From an uncultured Bacilli bacterium (GTDB lineage: Bacteria; Bacillota_I; Bacilli_A; RF39; UBA660), in contig CAJUQG010000002.1 of NCBI GenBank assembly GCA_910588025.1, positions 18,478 through 82,477 of the forward strand: a DNA stretch of 64,000 bases, written 5' to 3'. Positions 38,495 to 50,831 of the stretch are shown one piece after another. How positions within the stretch are numbered: position 1 is the first letter of the stretch; each line of letters opens with the position of its first letter. The notes beneath the pieces were generated by a model, which was given only the letters and a program-made list of their open reading frames with translations, did no database searches and was not told where the DNA came from. Made by a program: the position numbers and the translations under genes.

Positions 38495-40349
38495 TTTTAC
38501 TATACTCCTTTTTTAGATAAACAGCTAATATTGAAATATCAGATGGATTTACACCACTAATTCTAGCTGCTTGTCCAATTGATAATGGACGAACTTTTTT
38601 TAATTTTTGGCGAGCTTCTGAAGCGATATTCTTAATTTTGTCATAATCGATATCTTCGGGAATTTGTTTTTCTTCTAATTTAAGCATTCTTTCTACATCA
38701 CGTTCTGTTTTATTAATGTAACCCTCATATTTAATTGCTATCTCTACTTGTTCTTTCATTAATTCATCGAAAGGTAGAGGTAAAAATTCAGCAATTATTT
38801 TTAAATTTATATCTGGTCGTTTTAATAATTCATAAAAACTTTTTGATGATGATAGTTCAATATTATATTTTTTTAGTTTAGATTTATTTTCTTCATTTAA
38901 TTTTATTTTCTCTTTTTTTAATAAATCCATGAGTTCAGTAATTTGGGCTTTTTTCTTTCTGGTCGCTTCATATTGTTCTTTTGTGATGCTTCCTACTTTC
39001 CAAGCGATATCACGAAGTCTTAAATCAGCATTATCGTGACGTAGAAGTAAACGATATTCTGCTCTTGAGGTTAACATACGATAAGGTTCATTAGTTCCTT
39101 TGGTGACTAAATCATCAATTAAAACACCGATATATGCTTCATTTCTTTTTAAGATTAGTGGTTCTTTTTGTTTTAATTTTAAAACAGCATTGATTCCTGC
39201 TATAATTCCTTGACCCGCTGCTTCTTCATAACCACTTGTTCCATTAATTTGACCAGCTGTAAAGATATTATCAATTACTTTGGATTCTAAAGATGGTTTA
39301 ATTTGTAACGGATTTATTGCATCATATTCAATTGCATAAGCATATTTGGTAATGATTGCATGTTCTAAACCTTCTAAGCTATGAACCATTTGCTCTTGAA
39401 TATCTCTTGGCATACTGGTTGAAAATCCTTGTAAATACCATTCATCATAAAATAAACTTTCTGGCTCTAAAAATAACTGGTGGCGTTCTTTGTCTTTAAA
39501 ACGTACTAATTTGTCTTCAATGGAAGGACAGTACCGAGGACCAATTCCTGTGACATATCCTCCATACATAGCTGATTTGTCTAAGTTTGAAAGTACTATA
39601 TTATGAGTTTTTTCATTGGTATAAAGTAAATAACACTTTTGTTGTTCGTTTAGTTTATAAGACGGAGCATGATCCCAACTAAACGTATAGTATTCATTGT
39701 CTCCTACTTCTTCTTTTAATTTACTAAAATCAATGGAAGAATGTTTGATACGTTGAGGGGTTCCAGTTTTTAATCGTTGAATTTCAAACCCTAATTTTTT
39801 TAAGTTATCACTTAGATAATGACTTCTTGGCTCACCATGGGGGCCGCCTTCTGTATTTTCGTTACCAATTAAAATGTTACTTTTTAGGTAAGTTCCTGTT
39901 GTTAGAATTAGTGTTTCTGTTTCTATTTTTTGACCATTATTTAAAACGATTGCTTTTATTTTATTTTTTTCGACAATGATATCCTCAACTGTACCTTCCA
40001 TTAGTTCAAGATTTTTCGTATTTTTTAATTCATGAAACATGTTTTGTGGATAAGTGATTTTATCTGCTTGAGCTCTTAGGGAACGAACAGCTGGACCTTT
40101 TGCACTATTTAGCATTTTGATTTGAAAGTGAGATTGATCAGCGACGCGACCCATTAATCCTCCAAGGGCGTCAATTTCTCTTACAATAATTCCTTTTGCG
40201 GTTCCACCTATCGAAGGATTACATGGCATATCAGCAATATTTTTTTGGTTCATGGTAATTAAAAGAGTTTTAGCTCCCATAAATGCTGAAATATGAGCAG
40301 CTTCACATCCTGCATGTCCTCCACCTACTACAATACAATCAAATTTCAT
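38475..40349 (-). CDS. mnmG: tRNA uridine 5-carboxymethylaminomethyl modification enzyme
   Basis: MKFDCIVVGGGHAGCEAA FAD-binding start (ATG at 40347-40349, AAGGAAG RBS). Full-length GidA. Confidence 0.9.
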   Translation of the reverse strand: MKFDCIVVGGGHAGCEAAHISAFMGAKTLLITMNQKNIADMPCNPSIGGTAKGIIVREIDALGGLMGRVADQSHFQIKMLNSAKGPAVRSLRAQADKITYPQNMFHELKNTKNLELMEGTVEDIIVEKNKIKAIVLNNGQKIETETLILTTGTYLKSNILIGNENTEGGPHGEPRSHYLSDNLKKLGFEIQRLKTGTPQRIKHSSIDFSKLKEEVGDNEYYTFSWDHAPSYKLNEQQKCYLLYTNEKTHNIVLSNLDKSAMYGGYVTGIGPRYCPSIEDKLVRFKDKERHQLFLEPESLFYDEWYLQGFSTSMPRDIQEQMVHSLEGLEHAIITKYAYAIEYDAINPLQIKPSLESKVIDNIFTAGQINGTSGYEEAAGQGIIAGINAVLKLKQKEPLILKRNEAYIGVLIDDLVTKGTNEPYRMLTSRAEYRLLLRHDNADLRLRDIAWKVGSITKEQYEATRKKKAQITELMDLLKKEKIKLNEENKSKLKKYNIELSSSKSFYELLKRPDINLKIIAEFLPLPFDELMKEQVEIAIKYEGYINKTERDVERMLKLEEKQIPEDIDYDKIKNIASEARQKLKKVRPLSIGQAARISGVNPSDISILAVYLKKEYSKNDGRDL

Positions 40350-40564
40350 TTTAGGCACTTCCTTTCTGTTTTTTATCATTATTAACAATTCTCTTCTCCA
40401 AATTATTTTTCTATTTTAAAATACTAAATTTTCAAGAGTTTAGGTCTTTTGTTTGCGGTTTATTTGATATTTCTCGTTATTCTTTTAGAAAGATATCTTT
40501 TTTGCTAGGTTTCAATTGTTTCACATAATATTTTTACTTATTTTAAAATGATTTAAAATACTTT

Positions 40565-41923
40565 TTATTTTCCTAAGCAAAATTTTTGAAATAAGTTATC
40601 AATTAGTTCATCTTCATAAGTTGCTCCAATAATTAATCCTAAATTATTCCAAGCTTCTTTCATTTCAATTTCTAACATGTCAATTGGAATGTTTTCTTGA
40701 ATTTGTTGTTCAACATTTTTTATATTGTTTAAAGCTTTTTTAGCGAGAGTTACTTGTCGAACATTTGATAAATAGTTCATATCTTTACTTTCAATTTCAT
40801 TTAAATGGAATAAGTCAATTATTTTATTTTTTAGAGGTAATATTCCATCTATCGAAGTTGTATTTCCAATTGTAATATTTGGATATTGATAGATTTCTTC
40901 GTCAATCTTTGATTCTAAATCATTTTTATTTAAGAAAATGATACTTTTTTTTGTAGATATTTTGGTCAGTAAATCTCGATCTTCATTCGTTAATTTTTCA
41001 TTAGAATTTAAAACTAGGATTACTAAATCTGCAGAATCTAAAAGTTTTTTACTTTTATCAACGCCGATTTTTTCAACAATATCTTCTGTATCTCTAATTC
41101 CAGCCGTATCAATTAAATTTAGTAGTATTCCATTTAAATTTACTGAGCCTTCTACGATATCTCTCGTTGTACCAGAAATATCTGTTACAATGGCTTTTTC
41201 TTCTTCTAAAAAGGCATTTAATAAACTACTTTTTCCGACATTTGGTCGTCCTATAAAAGCAACATTGATTCCTTCTTTTAGGATTTTCCCATTTTCCGAT
41301 TCTTTGACGATTTTTTGTAATGATAAAGAGATTTCTTTTAATTCTGGTAATATATTTTCATGTGTAATTACTTTTTCATCTTCATATTCTGGGTAATCAA
41401 TATTTACTTCAATGTTAGCTAACAAAGTTACAATCTTTTCTCTTAAATCTTGGATTAATTTTGTTAGTGAGCCAGAGACACCATTCATAGCGAGTGCCCT
41501 TGCTTTATCGTTTTTAGCTTCAATTAAATCACCAACGGCTTCGGCTTCTAAAAGATTAATACGACCATTTAAAAAAGCTCGTTTGGTAAACTCCCCTGGT
41601 TCAGCAAGTTCTGCTCCGTTTAAAATTAAAAGTTCTAAGACTTTATTGGTAGTAGACATACCACCATGACAATTGATTTCTATGATATCTTCTGTTGTAT
41701 ATGTCCGTGGAGATAGCATTTTCATGACTAGTACTTCATCTATTTTTTCACCATCACTGACAATATATCCATAATGTATTGTATGAGTTGGAGCCATCAA
41801 AAAAGATTTATTGCTAAATATTTTACTTGTAATTTCTACTGAGGCTGGTCCACTCATTCTGACAATTGATATTGCTCCACCATTTCCGGGGTTGGTTGAG
41901 ATTGCACAAATAGTTTTTTCCAT
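40565..41923 (-). CDS. mnmE: tRNA modification GTPase
   Basis: G-domain GRPNVGKSSLLN, DTAGIR, and a C-terminal CLGK tail. Confidence 0.9.
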   Translation of the reverse strand: MEKTICAISTNPGNGGAISIVRMSGPASVEITSKIFSNKSFLMAPTHTIHYGYIVSDGEKIDEVLVMKMLSPRTYTTEDIIEINCHGGMSTTNKVLELLILNGAELAEPGEFTKRAFLNGRINLLEAEAVGDLIEAKNDKARALAMNGVSGSLTKLIQDLREKIVTLLANIEVNIDYPEYEDEKVITHENILPELKEISLSLQKIVKESENGKILKEGINVAFIGRPNVGKSSLLNAFLEEEKAIVTDISGTTRDIVEGSVNLNGILLNLIDTAGIRDTEDIVEKIGVDKSKKLLDSADLVILVLNSNEKLTNEDRDLLTKISTKKSIIFLNKNDLESKIDEEIYQYPNITIGNTTSIDGILPLKNKIIDLFHLNEIESKDMNYLSNVRQVTLAKKALNNIKNVEQQIQENIPIDMLEIEMKEAWNNLGLIIGATYEDELIDNLFQKFCLGK

Positions 41924-41995
41924 AATATCACCACTCGCCGGTATTATATCACGTTTTTTAGATTTCAGTTTTGCTTTTCCAAATAAAAAGCAGAT

Positions 41996-42601
41996 TTATT
42001 CTGCTTTGATGACAATGTGACGGTTTGGCTCTTCCCCTTCACTTGTGGTTTTAATTCCTTTAAAATCAGTAAGTTTATTGTGAACAATTCGGCGTTCATA
42101 AGAATTCATATTATCAAGGGCAACATCAATTTTGGAATCACGTACTTCTTTTGCAATTCTTATTGCTAATTTTTCTAAGTACTCTACTCGTTTGGTTTTA
42201 TAATCTTCAACATCTAAACTAATTTTAAAAAAGGTATTCCAGTCTTTTAAATATTTTTGTTTCATTAGCGTTTCTAACGCTTTTAATGTTTGACCGTTTT
42301 TACCAATTAAAATTGGATTGTTGTCAGAATACATATTAATGTAGAAAGTATCGTCTTGAAGACGTGTTTCCATTTCTAGTTTCAATCCTAAGCCTTCTAC
42401 TAAAGTTTGAAGATAATTTTTCATATCATTTAAGAGCTCTCGTTTGGTTACTGCACTTACAAGAAAAGAGGATGATTTAAATAATTTACCTTCTATTTCT
42501 TCCGATTTATAAACGACTTCACTTTGATTTGCATTTAATTCAATTAAAACTTTTTCTAATGCTTCATTTAAAGTCTTACCTTGATTTTCTACTACATTCA
42601 T
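41996..42601 (-). CDS. khpB: Jag/KhpB RNA-binding protein (Jag_N + KH + R3H)
   Basis: 201 aa, in the conserved position between mnmE and yidC. Confidence 0.75.
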   Translation of the reverse strand: MNVVENQGKTLNEALEKVLIELNANQSEVVYKSEEIEGKLFKSSSFLVSAVTKRELLNDMKNYLQTLVEGLGLKLEMETRLQDDTFYINMYSDNNPILIGKNGQTLKALETLMKQKYLKDWNTFFKISLDVEDYKTKRVEYLEKLAIRIAKEVRDSKIDVALDNMNSYERRIVHNKLTDFKGIKTTSEGEEPNRHIVIKAE

Positions 42602-42603
42602 TC

Positions 42604-43638
42604 TTAATTACCTGCTTTCTTGTTCACTTTCTTAATTTTAGCATTGAGTACTTTTTCTTTTTTTGATTCGTCTTTTTTGTCATGATCATTAGCAAGAATT
42701 TTTTTGACTAGTAAATTTTGTACCACAATGAAACCATTCGTAATTATCCAGTAAAATGCTAAAGCGGTTGGTAAACTAAAGGAAGCAATGGAAATCATGA
42801 TAATCATAAATTTAAACATAAAATCCATTTGTTTCATCACTTCATTATTTCCCATATTATTGTTTTGACTCATAGAATGTTTAAATGAAAAATAAGTAGT
42901 TAAGATAATTAAAAGTATTAATAGTATATAAATATATTGACCATTTGCGATTCCTTTTCCAGGAGTCATACCAAGGTTCATTCCAAATAGTTCCCCTTCA
43001 AAAATGGCTGGAACACGATTAATCGCTTGCAGAAAAGCAAAAAATAATGGAATTTGAATAAAAGAAACAAGACATCCACTTACAGGATTAATTTTATATT
43101 TTTGATAAATCAACATTGTTTCTTGACTTTTCATCATCATACTTTCGCTATCTGTTCGATTTGCATATTTTTTTTCAATTTTTTGAATTTCAGGATTTGC
43201 TTTTTTCATATTTTCGGCTTGGCGCATCGTTTTGATGGAAAGCGGAAATAGAATGAAACGAATTAACAATCCTACAAACATTACAGCTAGTCCGAAATTT
43301 TTTAATAAGTAACCAGCTTTCAGAATAATCCAAGCTAGTGGTTTTACAAAAATTGATTCCCATAAGCTATGATAAGCAATTTTATTTGGTACAAACTCAT
43401 TACAAGCTGGTAAATCTTCTAATTTAACTCGTAATTGGTCGTTGTATTGTTCATATATTTTATATAAGCCTTCTTCTGTTGGTTTACATAAGATATCTTT
43501 TTGGACACTTTGACCAGTTTCTTCGTTCATTACAACTTTGTTATCTTGATCTTTAATGTAGTTACTATTTCCACAACCACTGGTGCTAAAAACGATTCCG
43601 ATAAGTAATACACTCATTATTATTTTTTTATGTTTCAT
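42604..43638 (-). CDS. yidC: membrane protein insertase YidC (lipoprotein type)
   Basis: Lipobox LLIGIVFSTSGC plus a 5-TM 60-kDa-IMP core. Confidence 0.85.
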   Translation of the reverse strand: MKHKKIIMSVLLIGIVFSTSGCGNSNYIKDQDNKVVMNEETGQSVQKDILCKPTEEGLYKIYEQYNDQLRVKLEDLPACNEFVPNKIAYHSLWESIFVKPLAWIILKAGYLLKNFGLAVMFVGLLIRFILFPLSIKTMRQAENMKKANPEIQKIEKKYANRTDSESMMMKSQETMLIYQKYKINPVSGCLVSFIQIPLFFAFLQAINRVPAIFEGELFGMNLGMTPGKGIANGQYIYILLILLIILTTYFSFKHSMSQNNNMGNNEVMKQMDFMFKFMIIMISIASFSLPTALAFYWIITNGFIVVQNLLVKKILANDHDKKDESKKEKVLNAKIKKVNKKAGN

Positions 43639-43964
43639 ATTCTCTCCTTAGATAAGAGTTCAAGAAGTTTTGTTTCTAATTCTACAAAACTAGCTTCTTT
43701 GGTCTTTTCTTTCATTATTATAATATAATCATATCCTTTTGAAAACAATTTTTTTTGATTCGTCAAAATATTACGCATGCGACGTTTTATTTTATTTCTT
43801 GCTACGGCATTGCCTAATTTTTTTCCAACAGCAATTCCAAACCGAGCAAGTTGTAAGTCACTTTTCCTTATATATATATTATAAAATTTATTTTTTAAAA
43901 TTGGCCCATTTTTAATAATACTTGTAAACTCTTCATGAGTTTTTACCACTTCATATTTTTTCAT
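43635..43964 (-). CDS. rnpA: ribonuclease P protein component
   Basis: 109 aa, basic, in the conserved rpmH-rnpA-yidC order. Confidence 0.85.
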   Translation of the reverse strand: MKKYEVVKTHEEFTSIIKNGPILKNKFYNIYIRKSDLQLARFGIAVGKKLGNAVARNKIKRRMRNILTNQKKLFSKGYDYIIIMKEKTKEASFVELETKLLELLSKERI

Positions 43965-44003
43965 ATGATCATTTCCTTTATAAAAAAAGCCACTTACCGT
44001 GGT

Positions 44004-44126
44004 TTATTTACATAATTGTTTGCGTCCTTTTCTTCTTCTTCTTTTTAAAATATTTGTTTCTTTGCGTGCGAAGAAGCCATGTTTTTTCGCTTTTTTGCGA
44101 TTATTTGGTTGATAAGTTCTTTTCAT
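44004..44126 (-). CDS. rpmH: 50S ribosomal protein L34 (not in the ORF track)
   Basis: [40 protein letters not shown], with an AGGAGGT RBS. Confidence 0.85.
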   Translation of the reverse strand: MKRTYQPNNRKKAKKHGFFARKETNILKRRRRKGRKQLCK

Positions 44127-44159
44127 GTATATACCTCCTTTTTTCTTAAAGCTCCCTTA

Positions 44160-44426
44160 TTATAAACTTAACATCGGAAAAAAGTCAAGAAATAACGGGT
44201 TATACACAAATTCACAATGATGTTTATAAGATTACACATTATCAACGTTGATAATTTTTCTATGTTGATAGTTTTATAAAACAAAGTTGTGGATAATGTT
44301 GATAAGTATATTTTTATCTGTTAGAATATGACTTCTAGAGCGTTGATAGATTGTGAAATCAATGTGAATTGCTGTTTCATACTTGTTTTTAAAATCACAA
44401 CTGCGTTAAAATGAAGTTGATAAAAC
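44160..44426. promoter_or_regulatory. oriC DnaA-box cluster upstream of dnaA
   Basis: One perfect TGTGGATAA at 44288-44296. Several TTATCAAC/GTTGATAA-type variants at 44200, 44240, 44249, 44262, 44297, 44342 and 44416. Confidence 0.7.
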
Positions 44427-45830
44427 GTGAGGGATTGTGGGGTGAAGTGGTTGAAGACGGAAACCGAAACATTATGGCAAAATTTCTTAGATCTCATCTA
44501 TAAAGAAATCAACGCGGCTTCATTTCATGCGTGGTTTCATGATTTGATTTTATTAAGTATTGACCGTTATCAACATCGAATTAAAGTCCAAGTTCCTATG
44601 GAAATTCACAAAAAAATTCTTGGTGATAATTATTATTCCCTCATTGAAGAAACGTTTCTTAAATTAACAGGAATTACTTATGACATTGAATTTTTATTAG
44701 AAGAAGAAAAAGAAGATATTGTGGATAACTTCCAAAAAGAAATTATCCAAGAGGCAAATATAGATAAAGTTTTAGAAGAAAAGTGGGAAACGAATTTAAT
44801 TTCTGAACTAAATTTTGATAATTATGTCGTGGGAGACTCTAATCGACTTGCCAAAGTAGCTGGTATGGCTGTAGCAGAATCGCCTGGTAAAATACATAAC
44901 CCATTATTTATATATGGTAAAAGTGGGCTAGGTAAAACACATTTAATGCATGCCATAGGTAATTATATTGTCGAACATTCAAATAAAAAGGTTTTGTATA
45001 CTACAAGTGATATGTTTATGAATGATTATACAGGTATTGCAAATTTAGAAAATAAGAATAATACAGTGGAGTATGCCAATAACTTTAAAAATAAATATCG
45101 AAATGTGGATGTATTAATTATCGATGATATTCAGTATTTAGTTGGTGCAGAGAAAACTCAACAAGAATTTTTCCACACATTTAATGCACTGCAACAAGCG
45201 AATAAACAAATTATTATTAGTTCAGACCGATCGCCAGATGATTTAAAATTATTAGAAGAACGGCTACGAAGTCGATTTATGTGGGGATTACCTGTGGATA
45301 TCTATCCTCCAGATTTTGAACTTCGTTGTAAAATCATTAAACAAAAAGTAAAAAATACGAGTATTGCTAATAAATTAGATGAAAATGTAGTGGAGTTTAT
45401 TGCAAATAGTTGTCAAAATGATGTTCGTTTTCTAGAAGGTACAATTAACCGATTAATGGCATATACAGCCATGGTTGTTCCAGATCATATTGACTTGGAG
45501 TTTGCCAATGAGGCTTTAAAAGATTTTATAAATAAAAATATTTATTCAGAAAATAGTATTGAGGGCATTCAAAATGCGGTCGCTGAGTATTACAATATTA
45601 CAATTAACGATTTAAAAGGAAAGAAAAAAAGTGCTAATATAGCTTATCCACGCCAAATCGGAATGTATCTTTGTCGAATGCTTACTGATGAAACTTTCCC
45701 ACGAATTGGCTTAGAATTTGGAGGTAGGGACCATTCGACTGTTATTCATGCTTGTGATAAAATAGAAAAGGATTTAAAAACAAATCCAACCCTTTCTAAT
45801 ACGATTAAAGAAATTAAAAATAAAATCTAA
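44427..45830 (+). CDS. dnaA: chromosomal replication initiator protein DnaA
   Basis: AAA+ motifs (GKSGLGKTHLMHA, box VII) and a C-terminal DNA-binding domain. The ORF begins at GTG 44427, but the TTG at 44451 (MKTETETLWQ...) is the more DnaA-like start. Confidence 0.9.
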   Translation: MRDCGVKWLKTETETLWQNFLDLIYKEINAASFHAWFHDLILLSIDRYQHRIKVQVPMEIHKKILGDNYYSLIEETFLKLTGITYDIEFLLEEEKEDIVDNFQKEIIQEANIDKVLEEKWETNLISELNFDNYVVGDSNRLAKVAGMAVAESPGKIHNPLFIYGKSGLGKTHLMHAIGNYIVEHSNKKVLYTTSDMFMNDYTGIANLENKNNTVEYANNFKNKYRNVDVLIIDDIQYLVGAEKTQQEFFHTFNALQQANKQIIISSDRSPDDLKLLEERLRSRFMWGLPVDIYPPDFELRCKIIKQKVKNTSIANKLDENVVEFIANSCQNDVRFLEGTINRLMAYTAMVVPDHIDLEFANEALKDFINKNIYSENSIEGIQNAVAEYYNITINDLKGKKKSANIAYPRQIGMYLCRMLTDETFPRIGLEFGGRDHSTVIHACDKIEKDLKTNPTLSNTIKEIKNKI

Positions 45831-45975
45831 TTGTGGATAAAATTATGAAATCTGAATAAACATCCACATCCAATTTTTAAAATTGGCTTAGCAAATATCT
45901 AAAATTTATGAGCTATGCACATTATAAACGACATTATTATAACTAATATAAATATGAATAAAAAAGAAAGAAGGA
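45831..45975. promoter_or_regulatory. second oriC segment (DnaA boxes plus AT-rich unwinding element) between dnaA and dnaN
   Basis: Perfect TGTGGATAA at 45832-45840, a degenerate CATCCACAT, then a more than 80% AT stretch. Confidence 0.6.
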
Positions 45976-47100
45976 ATGAAAATGAAATTTTCAATTGATA
46001 AAAATATAATTTTAGAAAATTTAAGTAATGTAATAAAAGGAGTATCGACAAAGAACGTAATTCCAGTTTTAAATGGAATAAAGTTTGAATTAAGAAGTGA
46101 AGGTTTGTATTTAACGGCAAGTGATTCAGAACTAGTTATTCAATCATTTATTGAAAGAAAGCTAATTAAAAATGTGGATAACGAGGGAGTTATTATTATA
46201 GGAAGTAAATACATTTTAGAAATTTTAAGAAAAATGCCAAGTGATGTGATTAACTTTGAAGTTATCGACAGTTTAAAAATAAAAATTTACTCCGATTTTA
46301 ATCAATATAACTTAAATTGTTTAGATCCAAGTGAATATCCTAATTTACGTTTAGAAGAACACAAAGATCCTATCGTTTTACAAGGGGAATTGTTTAAAAG
46401 TATTATAAATCAAACGAGTTTTGCGATTTCTACTCAGGAACTGCGTCCATTATTAACTGGAGTTAATATTAAAATTACAGGTGATTTATTAGAATGTATA
46501 GCAACGGATTCCTATCGTTTAGCAAAAAAGAATATTAAATTAGAAAATCCAATTGTTACTGATGTGAATATTGTAATTCCAGGTAAAAATGTGATAGAGT
46601 TAGAAAAAATTATTGTGGATAATGAAAATATTGAAATGCATATTTTTAATAATAAAGTATTATTTAAATATAAAAATATTATTTTTCAAACAAATTTATT
46701 GTCTGGAACATATCCTAATACTTCTAATTTAATTCCAACTGAGTTTGAAATTATTGTTCAAACTAAAAAAGATGAATTTTCATCAGCTGTAGATCGTGCA
46801 GCATTACTTACACAAGGAAAAGATAAAAATATTATTAAAATGCGCATTGAAAATAAAGAGATGATTATTAATTCTTATGCTTCTGAAATAGGTAAGACAG
46901 AAGAACGTTTAATGGTAGAAACAAGTGAAAATTCTAATATTGATATTTCATTTAGTGCAAAATACATGTTGGATGCTTTAAAAACTTTAAAAGATGAAGA
47001 TATTTTAATTTTATTAAATAATGATGTTAAACCAATTGTTATGAAATCATTAAAAGATGAGTCACTAATTCAATTAATTTTACCAATTAAAACTTATTAA
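45976..47100 (+). CDS. dnaN: DNA polymerase III beta sliding clamp
   Basis: 374 aa, three-domain clamp. Confidence 0.9.
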   Translation: MKMKFSIDKNIILENLSNVIKGVSTKNVIPVLNGIKFELRSEGLYLTASDSELVIQSFIERKLIKNVDNEGVIIIGSKYILEILRKMPSDVINFEVIDSLKIKIYSDFNQYNLNCLDPSEYPNLRLEEHKDPIVLQGELFKSIINQTSFAISTQELRPLLTGVNIKITGDLLECIATDSYRLAKKNIKLENPIVTDVNIVIPGKNVIELEKIIVDNENIEMHIFNNKVLFKYKNIIFQTNLLSGTYPNTSNLIPTEFEIIVQTKKDEFSSAVDRAALLTQGKDKNIIKMRIENKEMIINSYASEIGKTEERLMVETSENSNIDISFSAKYMLDALKTLKDEDILILLNNDVKPIVMKSLKDESLIQLILPIKTY

Positions 47101-47104
47101 TTTT

Positions 47105-47127
47105 GAGATATTTTTATCTCTTTTTTT
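47105..47127 (+). terminator. rho-independent terminator of dnaN
   Basis: GAGATA-tttt-TATCTC followed by TTTTTTT. Confidence 0.6.
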
Positions 47128-47261
47128 GTGATTATGCTTTGATTTTCATGTCATTTTGTAAATTTAATTAAAAAAATTGTTTTCTGGGTCTTTTTTCGAC
47201 AAAAAAAATCCTATTTACCCTTTATTATAAACGGCAATTTTCCGAGTTAGGGGGTGAAAAG

Positions 47262-47720
47262 ATGGAAAGTTATGAGATAAATAAAGATACCTTAGCTTTA
47301 ATTGCATTAAAAGATAAAACAGAAGTGTTTGAAGAAAATGATCATTTTTTTGTAGATAAAGTGGCGAACGAAATTATGGAAGCAAGTTGCGAGTATTTTG
47401 GAAGTTCGTTAGCAGGTAGACAAAAAGGAACAGAAAATTTAATTGGTAGTACTTATAAGGCTCCAGTTATTGTAGAAGAGTCTCAAGAAATAATCTTTTT
47501 TCCAACAGAATCTCCAAGACGAGAAGAGTGTTCATGGATTTCTTTACAAAAAATCAATAAATATTTTAGAATGGGTGATAAAATAGTTGTAGAGTTTAAA
47601 AACGGAAGTAGAGTAGTTCTAAATATTTCTTATGGAAAACTGGATAATCAAGTCATGCGCGCAACTCGATTAGAATCAGTTTTAAGAGGAAGAAAATACG
47701 ATAAAAATAGTTTTAAATAA
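47262..47720 (+). CDS. comK: ComK-family competence transcription factor homologue
   Basis: ESYEINKDTLALI..., CEYFGSSLAGRQKGTENLIGSTYKAPVIVEESQEIIFFPTES..., ECSWISLQKIN..., FKNGSRVVLNISYGKLDNQVMRATRLESV. These align block-by-block with B. subtilis ComK. Confidence 0.7.
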   Translation: MESYEINKDTLALIALKDKTEVFEENDHFFVDKVANEIMEASCEYFGSSLAGRQKGTENLIGSTYKAPVIVEESQEIIFFPTESPRREECSWISLQKINKYFRMGDKIVVEFKNGSRVVLNISYGKLDNQVMRATRLESVLRGRKYDKNSFK

Positions 47721-47805
47721 CTTATTCGTGTGTTATAATGTTGATAGGTATAGAGGTACATATATACCTATTATTTTTGTATATGGCTTAAAAAGAGGCA
47801 AAATT

Positions 47806-50821
<3,016 letters not shown>

Positions 50822-50831
50822 GAGGTAGAGT

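Noticed and set aside
45899-46120. 73-aa minus-strand ORF overlapping the dnaN start
   Set aside because: It lies in the AT-rich unwinding element and the dnaN 5' end. Its composition is consistent with non-coding AT-rich DNA.
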